Assembly (NCBI GenBank): GCA_013239625.1
Contig: MU055657.1
Coordinates: forward strand, 8,045,523-8,109,522
From: Lama guanicoe
Taxonomy: Eukaryota
Direction: 5' to 3'
Length of the DNA: 64,000 nucleotides
Part shown: positions 36,873-49,349 of the stretch, piece by piece
Position numbering within the stretch: the first letter of the stretch is position 1
Layout: the number at the start of each line of letters is the position of its first letter
Made by a program: the position numbers and the translations under genes
The notes under the pieces: generated by a model
The model's input: only the letters and a program-made list of their open reading frames with translations
Database searches by the model: none
What the model was told of the DNA's origin: nothing

Positions 36873-38602
36873 ATAAGCCAGAAGAAAAGTAGAAAATTCT
36901 CCTTTGGCTGCTAGCCTGAAAAGCCAGAAATTGGCATGTGAGTCATTTTTAGGGAGGGTTCCAAGCAGGTGGAGCTGGTCAACCTTCCGGAACTCTAAGA
37001 GAATTTGATCTCAAACCTGTTCATTAGAAAGGAAAAGTTAAACATCAGTAAATAAATAAATAAGTAAATAAACCCAAGATAAATCGATAGCACACTTCAA
37101 TAAGCACTTATTAAACACCCACAGCCTGTGATTCAAGGTAAAGTGCACAAGATCAATGTAGGTGGGTAAGTCCCTCCCTGAATGCCATGGAGGAGACCTG
37201 GCCTGAAAGCCTCTTTTTGATGGTGGAAAAGAAAAAGCAAAGATAGGAAATCAAGATGAAAAGGTGACTGGTTCTCATTTTTTCCTGTCTCCCACAAGTT
37301 CATATATCCTCTGATTTTCTACCAAAAGTAAGTTACTCTACCATAGGTATGGCCATAGATCAGGGCACTTCCTTTTACAAAAGACTGTATTTTCCATAAA
37401 CTTAAATAGAAACCCTGGAAGTGGATTTCTGTATTACTCAGTTCATTTTGCCTCATCCATCATCCTCCTTTGTAACTCTCCTTTATCTCTGCAAAACTGA
37501 ACTTGACAGTGGTACCTATGTCAGTAGTTTTTAATAAGCAAACAAAAACATAGTTCTTTCCCAAAAATCCATAGACAAACTTAAGTGTCAAGGGCAGATT
37601 TTTTTTCCCCTGGAAGTTTTGAGGACCACCTACAACAGCCATGACAGCAATGCTAATCGAAAAAGCAAACGAGGCCACAAAGGACTGTTCTTTGACCATG
37701 TAATCAATTTTCCACTCAATGCATTGTTCATTCTTGGAGACTTTAATGCCAGAATTGATTTTAACAGCCATTATAGAAATACTTAAGTCAAAGGGCTTGC
37801 AACCTTTTTTAGCATGACCAGTGGAATTTTTTAAATAGGTATGTGAATAAATCATTGAGCATGATTCATATGCTTTTTTAAAAAGGTTCTTTGAGTCATT
37901 GTCCAGACACATTCTTTACAAGTAGTCAAGTGGACTCAGTAAAATCCCATACTGAGAAATACTGCATTAGCTCGGTTTATATTTATAAAATTGTGTTTGA
38001 AACATTTGTATGGTGCCTTCAGCAGCTTCTAGAAAAGCCAATAGGTAATCAGTTAGCATATAATGGATGATCACTATTCAACATGAAATCTGAGGAAGAG
38101 GTTGTGTAAGCAGTCCTGATGACAAAATGTGACCTTAATTTGTGTGCAAGACAGACATTTCAAACCTCAGGATGACGCAAGGTAATAAAGAAATAACTAA
38201 TTACTGCTCAAGGTGACCAAGTTAGGAGTTCTTCCATATCAAATAAAGTGTTGAAAGAATTAATTAAATGACTGTATGTAGTTTTTTAAACATTCAAAGA
38301 GCAAGAAAACCTAACTAAAATCCTTTGCTTATTCATATGTCCTCTGATAAGAGTTACTTAGGGTATTCCATATCTAGAAACAGAAATGTACATAAAATGA
38401 AATCTAAGTGGTAATTAACATGAAGAACAAACAATCTATTGGAAAGGGATGCAGATTTACAGCCACTTTTCATGTGGAAGCTTTTGATAACTAATAGTAG
38501 AGCTTTTCATTTGTACTCTTGTTATAGACAAATTGCTAGGCTAATGTGTTTAAATCACCCCTAAAAATTAGATTATCCAATAAGAAATTGTTTTGTGCAG
38601 AA

Positions 38603-38688
38603 TTTTTTTTTAATGGAGGCATTAGGGATTGACTCCAGTACTTCGTGCATGAGAAACATGAGGTCTCCCATTGAGCTATACCCACTCT
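38603..38688 (-). mobile_element. tRNA-derived SINE, short form
   Basis: Reverse complement reads GGGTATAGCTCAATGGGAGACC...GGAGTCAATCCCTAATGCCTCCATT then A tail. Lacks the 3' extension of the other copies. Confidence 0.8.
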
Positions 38689-40049
38689 GTCCCCCAAAAT
38701 TTTACAGTTAGTTTGAATTCATATTCGACTGAAATGGTAAAGAATTTAAATCATGTGGTTGGAATATCCATAGCTGAATCTCAGAACCCCTCCATCTTAG
38801 TATCTTATCTACATTCACCAGCTCCCCAAAGACCTTTGATTCTCCATTCGACAGTGTTATCAGGACTCAAACATTTTCAAAGGGTGTATGCATGGAGTTT
38901 GTTTAGCAGACACTTACTGTTCATGGAAGAACAGTGTTGTTACAGCCCATGCAGACATCCATTGGAGTCCTCAGCACCGCACCCATTTTTAAGGAGAAGA
39001 CCTTACCTGTGACAAGGTGCCTAAGGGACACAGGCATGACATCCACATCAGCAATCAGTATTTATGAGGAACTCTGCATGCACTATAAAGCAGAGCTTTA
39101 ATTCTATTTTTGGTTTCAACCAAGAACGAAGAAGGTAGGCAAAAGATGATGGCTTTTCTCATCTTTGTCCAATGTCAGTGTTGAGTATCATTCATTCATC
39201 TTTGATTGTGCCTTCTTTCTAGGTTTCAATTCAATAAAAAGCAAGACAGAAAAGGCTTCCAGTGTGAAATAATTTCAATTTTATCCCAGGGAAATTTAGA
39301 GTTAAATTCCCTAAAAATGTTCATTCTTAACATGTGCATACTCCCAAAGGGGTTTGGGTGGAGAACAGTGTATTTATCGATTTAATAGTCAATAAAAACT
39401 CACAAGTTGAATGCACTATGACCTTGCATCTGATATCATGAAAGTTACTGATATTTAAAATGTATTAAAAGTCATTTAGAGAAGATATTGAATGACAATT
39501 TCAGAGAAGTTAGTTAGAACTATTTTCTCTTTGAAGATCAAGAGAAAGAGTCAGTTTGACTGATGATATTAGATGATTCAGAGTTAGGAAAACGAATCTT
39601 TAGAATATGCATTAAAAATGGCCTCACACCCCATCACAGGGTCCTGACTGACACAGGGGGCAATCTCAAATTGAAAATTTCCAGCACTCTTCTGGAAGTA
39701 TATTTGGTAATTTGTTATCTATAAACAAAAGACATTTAGAAACTGTCTCATCTTCATTTGGGACAAAGTGTGGCTTTGAAAAATCAAACACACCTTCTTT
39801 TTTTTTTTTAACAATATTTCCTTTGTTCTCTGATTGTTGTTTTCACCCTTAAGGGCAAAGTGTACTTTTGACTTCAGTTACAGAACACTCAGTGTAGGTG
39901 CAGCCATAAATATTACAATATTTCTAAAATTATTTAGTAGAGCATCAAAATATCTAAATGGTAATAACACATTTCTGCACCTGGTGGTCATATTTTGGAT
40001 GGAATGGGTTATGCATTCTTGTTCTTAAATCACCTTACAAATGATTTTT

Positions 40050-40575
40050 GACATGGAAGCAAACTAAATGTCTATCGACAGATGAATGGATAAAGAAGAT
40101 GTGGAATATATACAGAATGGAATATTACTTAGCCATAAAAAAGAATGAAATAATTCTATTTGCAGTAACATGGATGGACCTAGAGATTATCATGCTAAGT
40201 GAACTAAGCCAGAAAGAGAAATACAAATACCATTATCACTTATTTGTGGAATCTTAAAAAAAAAAAGACAAATGAACTTATTTACAAAATAAAAACAGAC
40301 TCACCGACATAGAAAACAAATTATGGTTATGAAAGGGGAAAGAGTAGGGAGAAGGGACAAATTAGGAGTTTGGGATTAGCAGATACAAACTCTTATACAT
40401 AAAATAGATAAACAAGGTCCTACTGTATAGCACAGGGAGCTACATTCAATATCTTGTAATGACATCTAACAGAAAAAGAATATATATATGTATGTATAAC
40501 TGTGTCACTTTGCTGTACACCAAAAACTGACACAGCATTGTAAATCAACTATACTTCAATTTAAACAAAATTTTA
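40050..40575 (+). mobile_element. 5'-truncated L1 3' end
   Basis: Peptide TWKQTKCLSTDEWIKKMW, plus a 3'UTR ending GTAAATCAACTATACTTCAAT. Confidence 0.95.
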
Positions 40576-41094
40576 AAAGTGATTTATGTACACTGACCTA
40601 TACTTTATGAGCTTTAATAGATACTAGAAATTTTAAGGTTATGGATGTGGAGAATATTCAGAATGGCTATCAACAAAGTTCTCAAAAAGTTGTTGTCAGC
40701 CAGGTGATCAGGAATTGAATGCTTTGTTTCTTTTCTTTTAATTATTAATTGTTTTTTGTCATGAATGCCTTATTTCTAAATGAGAAAATACAAATAGCAA
40801 TGATGTGTAGACCAAGTTTGTTACCTTAGTCTTCACCATAAGAAATAAATGCCCAACTTTGCTCTGACAAGTTTACCTGTATTAGAGTGTTCTATGTGTT
40901 GATAAGGACAAAAAATATGGTACATGAGCTACTGTTAAGAAATGAAGTATGAGATATAAAAGCAACTTAGTGACCCTTAATGAATACTTCATGTTGCTTC
41001 TGTACTTCCTACCCTTCAGTATACAAATTCCTACAGATAAAAAAGTATTCTATTACAAACCTAACCTCTTTTGGTTAATAAAACCTCATGTTCA

Positions 41095-41330
41095 ATAATA
41101 ATTGTTTGGTGATGCTTTCTACGTTATACGGACATTTCTTATAGGATTTTTTAATCCTCACAACTCTGAGGTATGCACTATTATTATCATCATTCCCATT
41201 GTACAGATAGAGAAAGTGAAGCACAGAGAGGTAAAGTAACTTGTCCAGAATCACACAGCCAGTAAATGGTAAAACTGCAATTGGGATCCTGACCTTTGGA
41301 CTCCTGAGTCCTCACTCTTACCTACAGTGC
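41095..41330 (-). mobile_element. MIR SINE
   Basis: TTTAATCCTCACAACTCTGAGGTA...CCCATTGTACAGATAGAGAAAGTGAAGCACAGAGAGGTAAAGTAACTTGTCC. Confidence 0.9.
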
Positions 41331-42872
41331 CTTGTTGCTGATGAGCATTCTTTCTTTTACTGGCCAGGCTTTCCTCTGCTTTTGCCCTCAAGGTTGTATC
41401 AAGCTGTTTGAATATTGGTTAATTTCCAAAGAGATTGCATTTAATAAGCACCTAGTTCAAACTCCTTCCCCTGACCTCAGAGTGTTCTCTACCACCAGAA
41501 ATAGCCCTACTTCACCTCTCTCATTTCTTGTTTAATCAAGCACATCACTGATTTAAGTGCATCTTTAGGATTGCCGTGTTTGAGCTTGACTTTGAGAGAA
41601 ATAACATTCGCTGGTATATAATCCAAGAAATATGAATAGAGACAAAAATATGTGATTTCCCATCCTTGTAATTTGTATTTTAGTTTGACTCTAGAAGAAA
41701 TAAAAGAGATTTTGTGCCTTTCTTTTTTCTGTTAACTCTCACTCTGAAATGATCTTTTTTTGTTTTTAAGCAATATCTGGACTTGAGGATTCCCATCCTT
41801 CTACTTGGCATAAGCAGAGCAGGGTCAAAAGGGAGATATTCCCAAAGGTTGCCCAGCAGCTGAGTCACAGTGAAGTCAAAGAAAAGCCTCTGTATTTCTC
41901 CCCTTCCTAAGCAGGCATGGCCCTTCCAGGCTAGGATGCCAGGAAAAGGAGAAACGGCAAACAGTCATCGCTCCTGGTGCACACTCGGGCAGAAGAAAGC
42001 CTAAACGCAGGGTCTCACCTTTAAATCAGCAGTGAACAGTGCCTTACGGGTCAGCAGTAGTGCAAAAACCCAACCTGCTTTAGAAAACTGTTCAGAAGAA
42101 TGAGTGCCACACCCCAAGAGTGGTGCTTTGAACACTTACCAGCACAGCAGAGATTCTCTTTGGACGCAGACTGCCATCCCTCATCACTAGCACCGATGCA
42201 AAATCCCCTGCAAGCAGCTGGCATCCAGGACAGCTTTTCATATCTTTCCACTTCATCAAATCCCCATCATTTTCTAATCACACATAAATGCATCTTTTTT
42301 CTGTCTCAACTAGCAAATTTTCTTTTCTCCTATTCATATTTAATTCCAATATTATTTTAACTCTGAAATGTTGGCAGTTGTCACATGCATATAAAAATCT
42401 ATGTAAATGAAGCATTATTGTCTAGATAATACCTGTGAATTACCGGGCAGTAGCTATCCAGCCAAACCAGAGACATGGGTCAGGGCACACTATCCAAAAA
42501 GAACTGGGAATGTCCATCCTGCCTGACTTCTGATCAACATCTCCGCTCTGAAAGCCACCTTTACCTGTATAAATGAACATTGATGGATGATAAAAAGTTA
42601 TTTTGAGGCTACACACAAATGTTCAAAAAGGAAGTGCCTGGACACCATTGCCCAAATCAAAGAATCCCTTCTGTGAATAAAAGTATTTAGCCATCCTACC
42701 AACTGCTTTGTTGTTACACCAGAGAACCACTGCTGCTACTTTCTAACGGGTCAGTTAAAATTACTTTCCTTTTTAGCCAGCAAATTTCAGTTCCTCTTTG
42801 CAAAGGAGACTCCAGCTATTTGACCTCAAGAGAGTGTAGTACTACAAAAGTTTTGAAACAGATAATTTTGGT

Positions 42873-42965
42873 GTTTTTTTAAAGTATAGTTGATTTATAA
42901 TGCTGTGTTAATTTCTGGTATACAGCATAGTGACTCAGTTGTACATGTGTACATATTCCTTTGGA
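42873..42965 (-). mobile_element. Very short L1 3' end
   Basis: AAGTATAGTTGATTTATAATGCTGTGTTAATTTCTGGTATACAGCATAGTGA, with ATAATTTT on both flanks. Confidence 0.8.
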
Positions 42966-44279
42966 ATATATAATTTTCTAATGTTAATGATAGCAGACCT
43001 AGATTTCTGATTGATCGCAAGCTTTATTTAGTGAAAATATACATTTGTATAGGAATATGAGGACATACAAAATGATGAATTAAGTATCTCAACATAAACG
43101 TGTGTTTGCTGTCCAATGTTAGAAATGCTTATCCCTTTGCTGATATGGGTGCCATAAATCTTACTTTGAAATGTTCAGGTACTCTCTTTTTCATACACAT
43201 GAGGTCATTATTGATTGGCCTAGGAAATAGACTCCAGAGTGTTCATTTAAACTCCATTCCCTTAGGAAGTTAACATTTTCATAACAATAATAAAAATAAA
43301 AGTAAAATATTTGAAATATAGAATTGTTTGTTTCCTCTCCTCTCTTCTGAAAGTCTCTTAAGCATACCCTAATAGCTGGTTTTAGTTTTAAAAAAAAAAA
43401 TTGACACCTTGGGTCAAAAAAATCAATTTTGGAAGCAGTAATATCAATTTCCTTGGCAGAGTTGCTGAATAGAGTTTTTATTGACTGTGAATCTCAGTTA
43501 CTAAGAAAAATTAGTGATATTAGCAAATGGCTGTATATACAAAGCCCTAAGATAGATGGACAATGGCTCATCTTTCAGAGGATGGGGCTAGCGAACATCT
43601 TTGAACAGTATGAAATGATACCCATTGTTCCTTATCTTGAGGTTTTGACTTGAAAAACTTTAAATGACTTACAGATCTATTCAAATTCCTTACCAATACC
43701 CTATGTTTCAGTTATTTTTTTTCTTTTTTTTTTTTTAAGTAAATGGTCTGAGATGACTACATTAGGAATTGAAATAAAATGTTCTTCCTTTCCTCTTCCC
43801 ATTTCACCAACTGTCTGCTGATGCTGACTTGACCCAGTAGACTTCCTTTGAGGCCCTTACACTTTGGTCCTTTATAGGCGAGAACCTAGGTATGAGAAGC
43901 ATTTGTTCTAAGGGAAGTGATTTCACTCACAATTAGTCTACATTAATTTACTTGGCTCTCTCAAGGTGCCTGTGGAGGAACATCTTCTTGTGTTATCAAT
44001 TCCCCACCAGAAAAGACATTCTTTGTTACTCTTTACCCTTTCTTGTTGCCCACTCTTCCAAAATTATTTTCATTCACTCTCTGAATTTCCCAAATGTGTT
44101 GTCAAATCCTCCATGAAGACAGTCCTTTAGGGATGCAAATGCTATTTGGTAAACATTTAAGGATACTCTTTTTAAATCACTTCCAAAGTGCCTGCCATGC
44201 CACAAAGGACCCCAGTCAATCTGTGGCTCACACCACAGCCAGAGCTTGATGTCACAACAAGGTTGACCCTCTTGCTCTT

Positions 44280-45335
44280 TGGCCCAGGCTCCTTCAGTGA
44301 CTCCCCATTACACTTGTATTAGAGCATGGAGCTTGTTACTATAAGGCGTAAGGCCATTCAATACATAGCTGGTTATTACTCCTGACTTGCATTGTACAAT
44401 CATTTCTCTTTGCATCTTCATTTCCATAGTTTATTTGTAGCCACTTCAAATGATGAGCACTGCAGGCCATCTTTCCACATGCTGTTTTCTAAGCATGGAA
44501 TGCCTTCCCTAAACTACACTCTCACCAATCACATCATGATTTTATAATTAATTTATGTGGACTAGCTTAAAGATTCTACTCCCAGGTCACTTCCTATTGG
44601 CAGCCTTAACGATTCCTCCCCACAAGGCACAGTCACTCCTCGTTTTGTAGACCCACAGCAGTGTGTTCTCGCCTCTATTTTGTTACTCGTAATTTTGATT
44701 GTACTTATTCAACATGTTGTCCTCTCATATCTTACTGTGATCTCTATTAATTTGTTACTGAGTCCAAACTTGTTTTGATCACCGCACGACAGGCCAGTAA
44801 ATGAGTAGACAAACTGTCAGGGTAAGGAATAACTACCTTATTCGGAAAGCCAGCAGACTGAGACGATGGTGTACTAATGGAGAATCATCTTACCCAAGTC
44901 AGAATTCAGGCTCCTATGATATTATAAAGGGGAGGTGATGTGGTTGCTTATTGCTTACTTCTTGGTGTCAGATTCCTTTGTTCTTGCAGCTGTCCACTAG
45001 GTCAGGTCATAATATCCCTGTAAACCTCCAACAAGACAAATGTTATCCTCTGTTTTGCAACTTTTTATCTCTATATGAATGGAAAAGTTTTATATCCTTA
45101 GAGGTTAGATCCTTGAGAATGGGCTGTCCTATCTATTACAGGCTCTAGGCAACATTCTTTTACAAAAGGTGCAGAACCAGCATGACTAAGCACAGAAACA
45201 GAGCACAGGGTTAGAGCTAATGGGACAGACCTAAAATGGAGTCAGATTTGTTCTTCCCTATTACAGTAAGTCATTTTTTAATATTGTTTCTGCAGCTAGC
45301 ACAGTGCTTGGCACAGAAGAGCCACTCAATTCTTG
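44280..45335 (+). mobile_element. L2 fragment interrupted by an LTR
   Basis: CTTCAGTGACTCCCCATT...CACATGCTGTT...GGAATGCCTTCCC, with the 3' end CTAGCACAGTGCTTGGCACAGAAG after the LTR. Confidence 0.7.
44753..45265 (-). mobile_element. ERV1 solo LTR, MER41-like laurasiatherian type
   Basis: TG...CA termini. The minus strand begins TGTAATAGGGAAGAACAAATCTGACTCCATTTTAG, and the plus strand has TTATTCGGAAAGCCAGCAGACTGAGA. Confidence 0.8.
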
Positions 45336-45499
45336 GAGAAGGGTAGAAGTCTAGCAGACCACCATCATTTGTAGACCATGATTTCTGCTGCCAAGTCATT
45401 ATTCTTAGTTCCTTTCTTCCTTTAGTCAACAAGTATGCATTGAGTGAAATTTTATGAAGAATATTTATTTCTTCTATAATTGATGGGTTAAACTAAATA

Positions 45500-46790
45500 A
45501 CCCTTATACCACCTTACATCCCTACCCCCATAGTACTGTTTCATCTTTCCATTGGCTACTTTTATACCTTTAAGTAAATGCAAATAGCCTTACTTTTTGA
45601 TTCATCCGTAGACCAAATTCCTAACTCCTAACTCCCTCCAGTGAAAAATAAGGTTGTCCGACCCTCTTTCTTTACTTATAACTTTTCTTTCCTCCTTTCA
45701 ACTCTCAAATTCAGCCATATGTGCCTTCTTTTTAATGAGTATAATGGTATTTATGTTCTGTACTGTGAAGCATAATCATATCCCTTAGCATTTTTTTGTA
45801 TACGAAACATCAATGGCTATATTGTCATGACTTTGTCAATATTATGTGCTATGTAACCAATAATGTACTGTAATTGCATTTCCTTTTACATACAGATTTA
45901 CTATTTTGTGTCTGTGTGTGTGTTGTTTTGTTGGATTCTGTGTTGTTTTGTTTTGTTCTGGAGTTTCTGCTTGCTATCTTTTTCCTTGTTTTGACGGCCT
46001 TCATTGCTTCCTTAAATTGTCCTGAATTCCCAAGGATACTATTACATTTCCGGGACTCTCCTTTTTCCCCAGAGACCCCTCTCCAGTCCTATTCCCATTT
46101 GGACTCATCACTCTCCAGGCTTATGGCACCACTGATATCTTGAGTCAACACCTTAACATATTCCTAGATTCGATGTTTCCCTCTTTCTTGGTTTCAATGC
46201 TCAGTGTCTATCCCCCAGTAGCTTCTAAAGAAAGGAAGACAAAGCTGCATGCCTTCTCAATAGAAAAATGTATCTCTTCTAGCTTCAAGTTTGATCAAGA
46301 AATTAGCTGGGTGTGTAATTCTAGATTAAAACCATTATTTTTCAAACCTTCAAAGGTATTGCTGTATTAATTCCTAGTATACAATTATACAGATGTGCAG
46401 TTGATGCTAATCTGTTTTTTGTGGCTTTCGAGATGAACTATTTGTTTCTTTCAAGTCTTTCTTGACTTGAAATGACTTTCTTTTGAAGTCATTACTTTAT
46501 CCCTGGTGGTGTGAAAACTTCACAATATGGGTCTAGTTTTTTTTTCTCCACACATTATGCTGGGCATTGATCTTTCTGTTTAAGGAAACTGTCTCTCATT
46601 ATATCTTTGATGGTGCTATTAGTTGGATGTTGGCCCACTTGCATTGATTTTATACATATATTATCCCTTATTTAATATTTTTCTTCTCTTTGCCCTTTTA
46701 ATTTACTTCCTGAGCAATTTCCTTGTCTTTATTTGTCAAACCTTGAATTAAAATTAAAATTTCTGTGATTGTATTGCATTTCAAAGATAT
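45500..46790 (-). mobile_element. Ancient L1M fragments
   Basis: T-rich degenerate antisense L1 pattern (TTAGCTGGGTGTGTAATTCTAG, TGATGCTAATCTGTTT). Confidence 0.5.
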
Positions 46791-49349
46791 CTTAATTTAG
46801 AGCCACCAGTTTGACTAAATAGTAAATAATCGAAAAATGAATCTAGTTAATTGTTACCATGGGGGTGTAATAAAACATTGCAATATTCTATATTGTGTAA
46901 GAAAATTTCTTAACTTAAAATATAAGTAGAATGATCATCAACCATACTTATTCTTTAATTTGATATCATTAAACAACAATAAACTAACAAATCAAAAATA
47001 AAATCAGAATAGTTTAGCCTTAGAATTAGAATTTTAATGTATAAAATACACTGAGAATGTGTTTCTACTCTCAGATTTATTTTCTTCATCTAAAAATGAA
47101 AATTTAAAATTACATAGCCCATAACATAGAAAAAATAATTAATTTGTATTTATGAGGAATTAGAGATAAAAAAATTATTTCTTCATCTTTATTTTACTTG
47201 AACTACATTCTTATGCAACACCAAGCTTATGGAACTTTGTGAATCTCATATGCACCCAACCAGTGACACTATTTGGATGTGAACTAGTATTAAGTAAGAA
47301 AGGGTTTTAGAATTCTTTTGACTTTGGAGCTAAAATTCCCACTATGTTTCATTATGTAGTTGTGTGTATCCAATTTACTCTCTCCAATAAGAAATTCTTT
47401 CAAATCCAACTTTATTGCATTGTTTGCTTTGTGCCTGTTTACAGACTTGCTCTTTCTAAAGAAGATTTTAAGAATGTGAAAGCAGAGAAACAAAAGAACG
47501 TTGATGAGATTATAATTCGAGCCAGGTGCCTAAAAGTTGACACGGACTCTTTTTTTTTAATTATATTCAGAGCAAAAACAGATCATGGGGTCCCTATTTA
47601 CAGTAGTTCATCTTGGCCTTTAATCATTTGTTTATCCGTGGGACTATTGATTGCTGCTCCAGCAAGGAGAGCAGCGGTGATACACAGGTAGGAAGAGCAG
47701 CAGTGTTATTCTGTGCTGTTGGCTGTTCCAAGCGATGAAACTATAATTCACAAAGTGATAGATAACAGAAGGTAATTTTATGGTTACTAAGAATGAGTTT
47801 GCATTTGTTTGTGTAGTTACTATATAAATTTATAGATGCATTTGGTTTGGATCGCATTTTAAATTTTAGGGGCTGAGCTGGAAGAGGATTGAAGTAGTGC
47901 AAGGAGTATGTTCATGGGCTCTTTCTTCAGCAGCCACTTGTAAAGGTGGACTGTAATTCAACATGAAATAGGTTCAGAATGTTCCCACAAACTCATTATA
48001 AATCAAGCCACTTCGAAGGTATGGTGTTATTAAGTTTGTTTTTTGATTTTCTCTTGCCTTCCTCCATCATCTTATCTAGAGAAAGAGTTTAAAGGCAGGA
48101 AAAGTAATTCAACAAGGACCCACTTTTAGTGGCTGAAATAAAAAGAGTCTTGTTAGATACATTTCACTAGGCCATAAATGCAGTTCTGAGAGCCAGGGAA
48201 TTTTTTTCCCCTGTATCATTGACTGACTTTGTCATCCGTTATCTGGCCCAAGTTTGCCAATAAAACAATTAATTTATGCAGGCAAATTAGGTATGTATTT
48301 TGGAAGTCGGAAGGAGTCCGACTCTAGCGATGAACCCCAGCTGATTCCAGTAATGAATGCTGCTGGTTGCCTCTTGTGAATTAAGCCCCACTAAAACATG
48401 TCAAGAGTTATAAAAGTTTACTTTTTGTCCTTGCAGAGAAGACCATTTTAAAATATGCCATTATGTCGTGGGAAGCTTCAAGTCTTATTTAGTAAGAAGT
48501 AGAATTGAATCCAGTAAGAGCAGCCCCAAATCTACATTGAGAGAATTATACCCACATTGTCCTGTTGGTTCTTTCCAGGCAGTGAATTGCTCGAGGACAA
48601 GGAGTTATGCCTCCTGCATTATAGTGGCTGGCTCCCAGATGATTTTCAAGGTATGTGTATGGAACAGGACTGGACTAAACTTTAAGAAATCTATTTTAGC
48701 TAATAAATAGTTTTCCCTAATGCTTCGTAAATTCCAAATGCACAGTCAGCATTCTGAATTGTTCTCCACCATTACCCACATGGAAAGTGGTTCTCGGCAG
48801 ATCTTCCATTACTAGCAGATCATTGTTTGCTAAGCAAAGAAGAATAAATGTGAAACATTTTGTAATCGTAAAGTATCAGAAGTCTGAAAAATTAAGAATA
48901 TTGGAGTATTAGATTAATAGAGTATTTCACAATATAAGAGCTGTTTTTGTTTGAAGCATGAAATTCTAATGATTGCCCATTCTGCTAATTATTTAAACAC
49001 TGTAAAAGCAGATCTAAAAAGATTCCCAATTTCAGCAAGCAAGCCCTAAGAAATATCAAATGGGCAAGTGATTTGACATAAAGATCTGAGGAATAAAAGT
49101 GATACATAAATGTAAAGCATTATTAGGAAAAGCTTCATGCTTAATACAATAGAACTAATTAAATATACATTTATTGAGTGAATATTATAGCCTGAGCCCT
49201 GTGCTACCCTTTTAGGACATTGTTAAAAAGTGATGTAGCATTCTGTGTTTCTACAGGCTTTTAATGTCGCTATAAGGAAACCGTCTAATGAAGCAATTAG
49301 AGATTAGTGACGGATTAAACTCGGAGATAGCCAAGTGGGACTAATCACT

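Noticed and set aside
39289..39312. Imperfect hairpin AGGGAAATTTA...TAAATTCCCT
   Set aside because: Short, bulged and AT-rich, so expected by chance.
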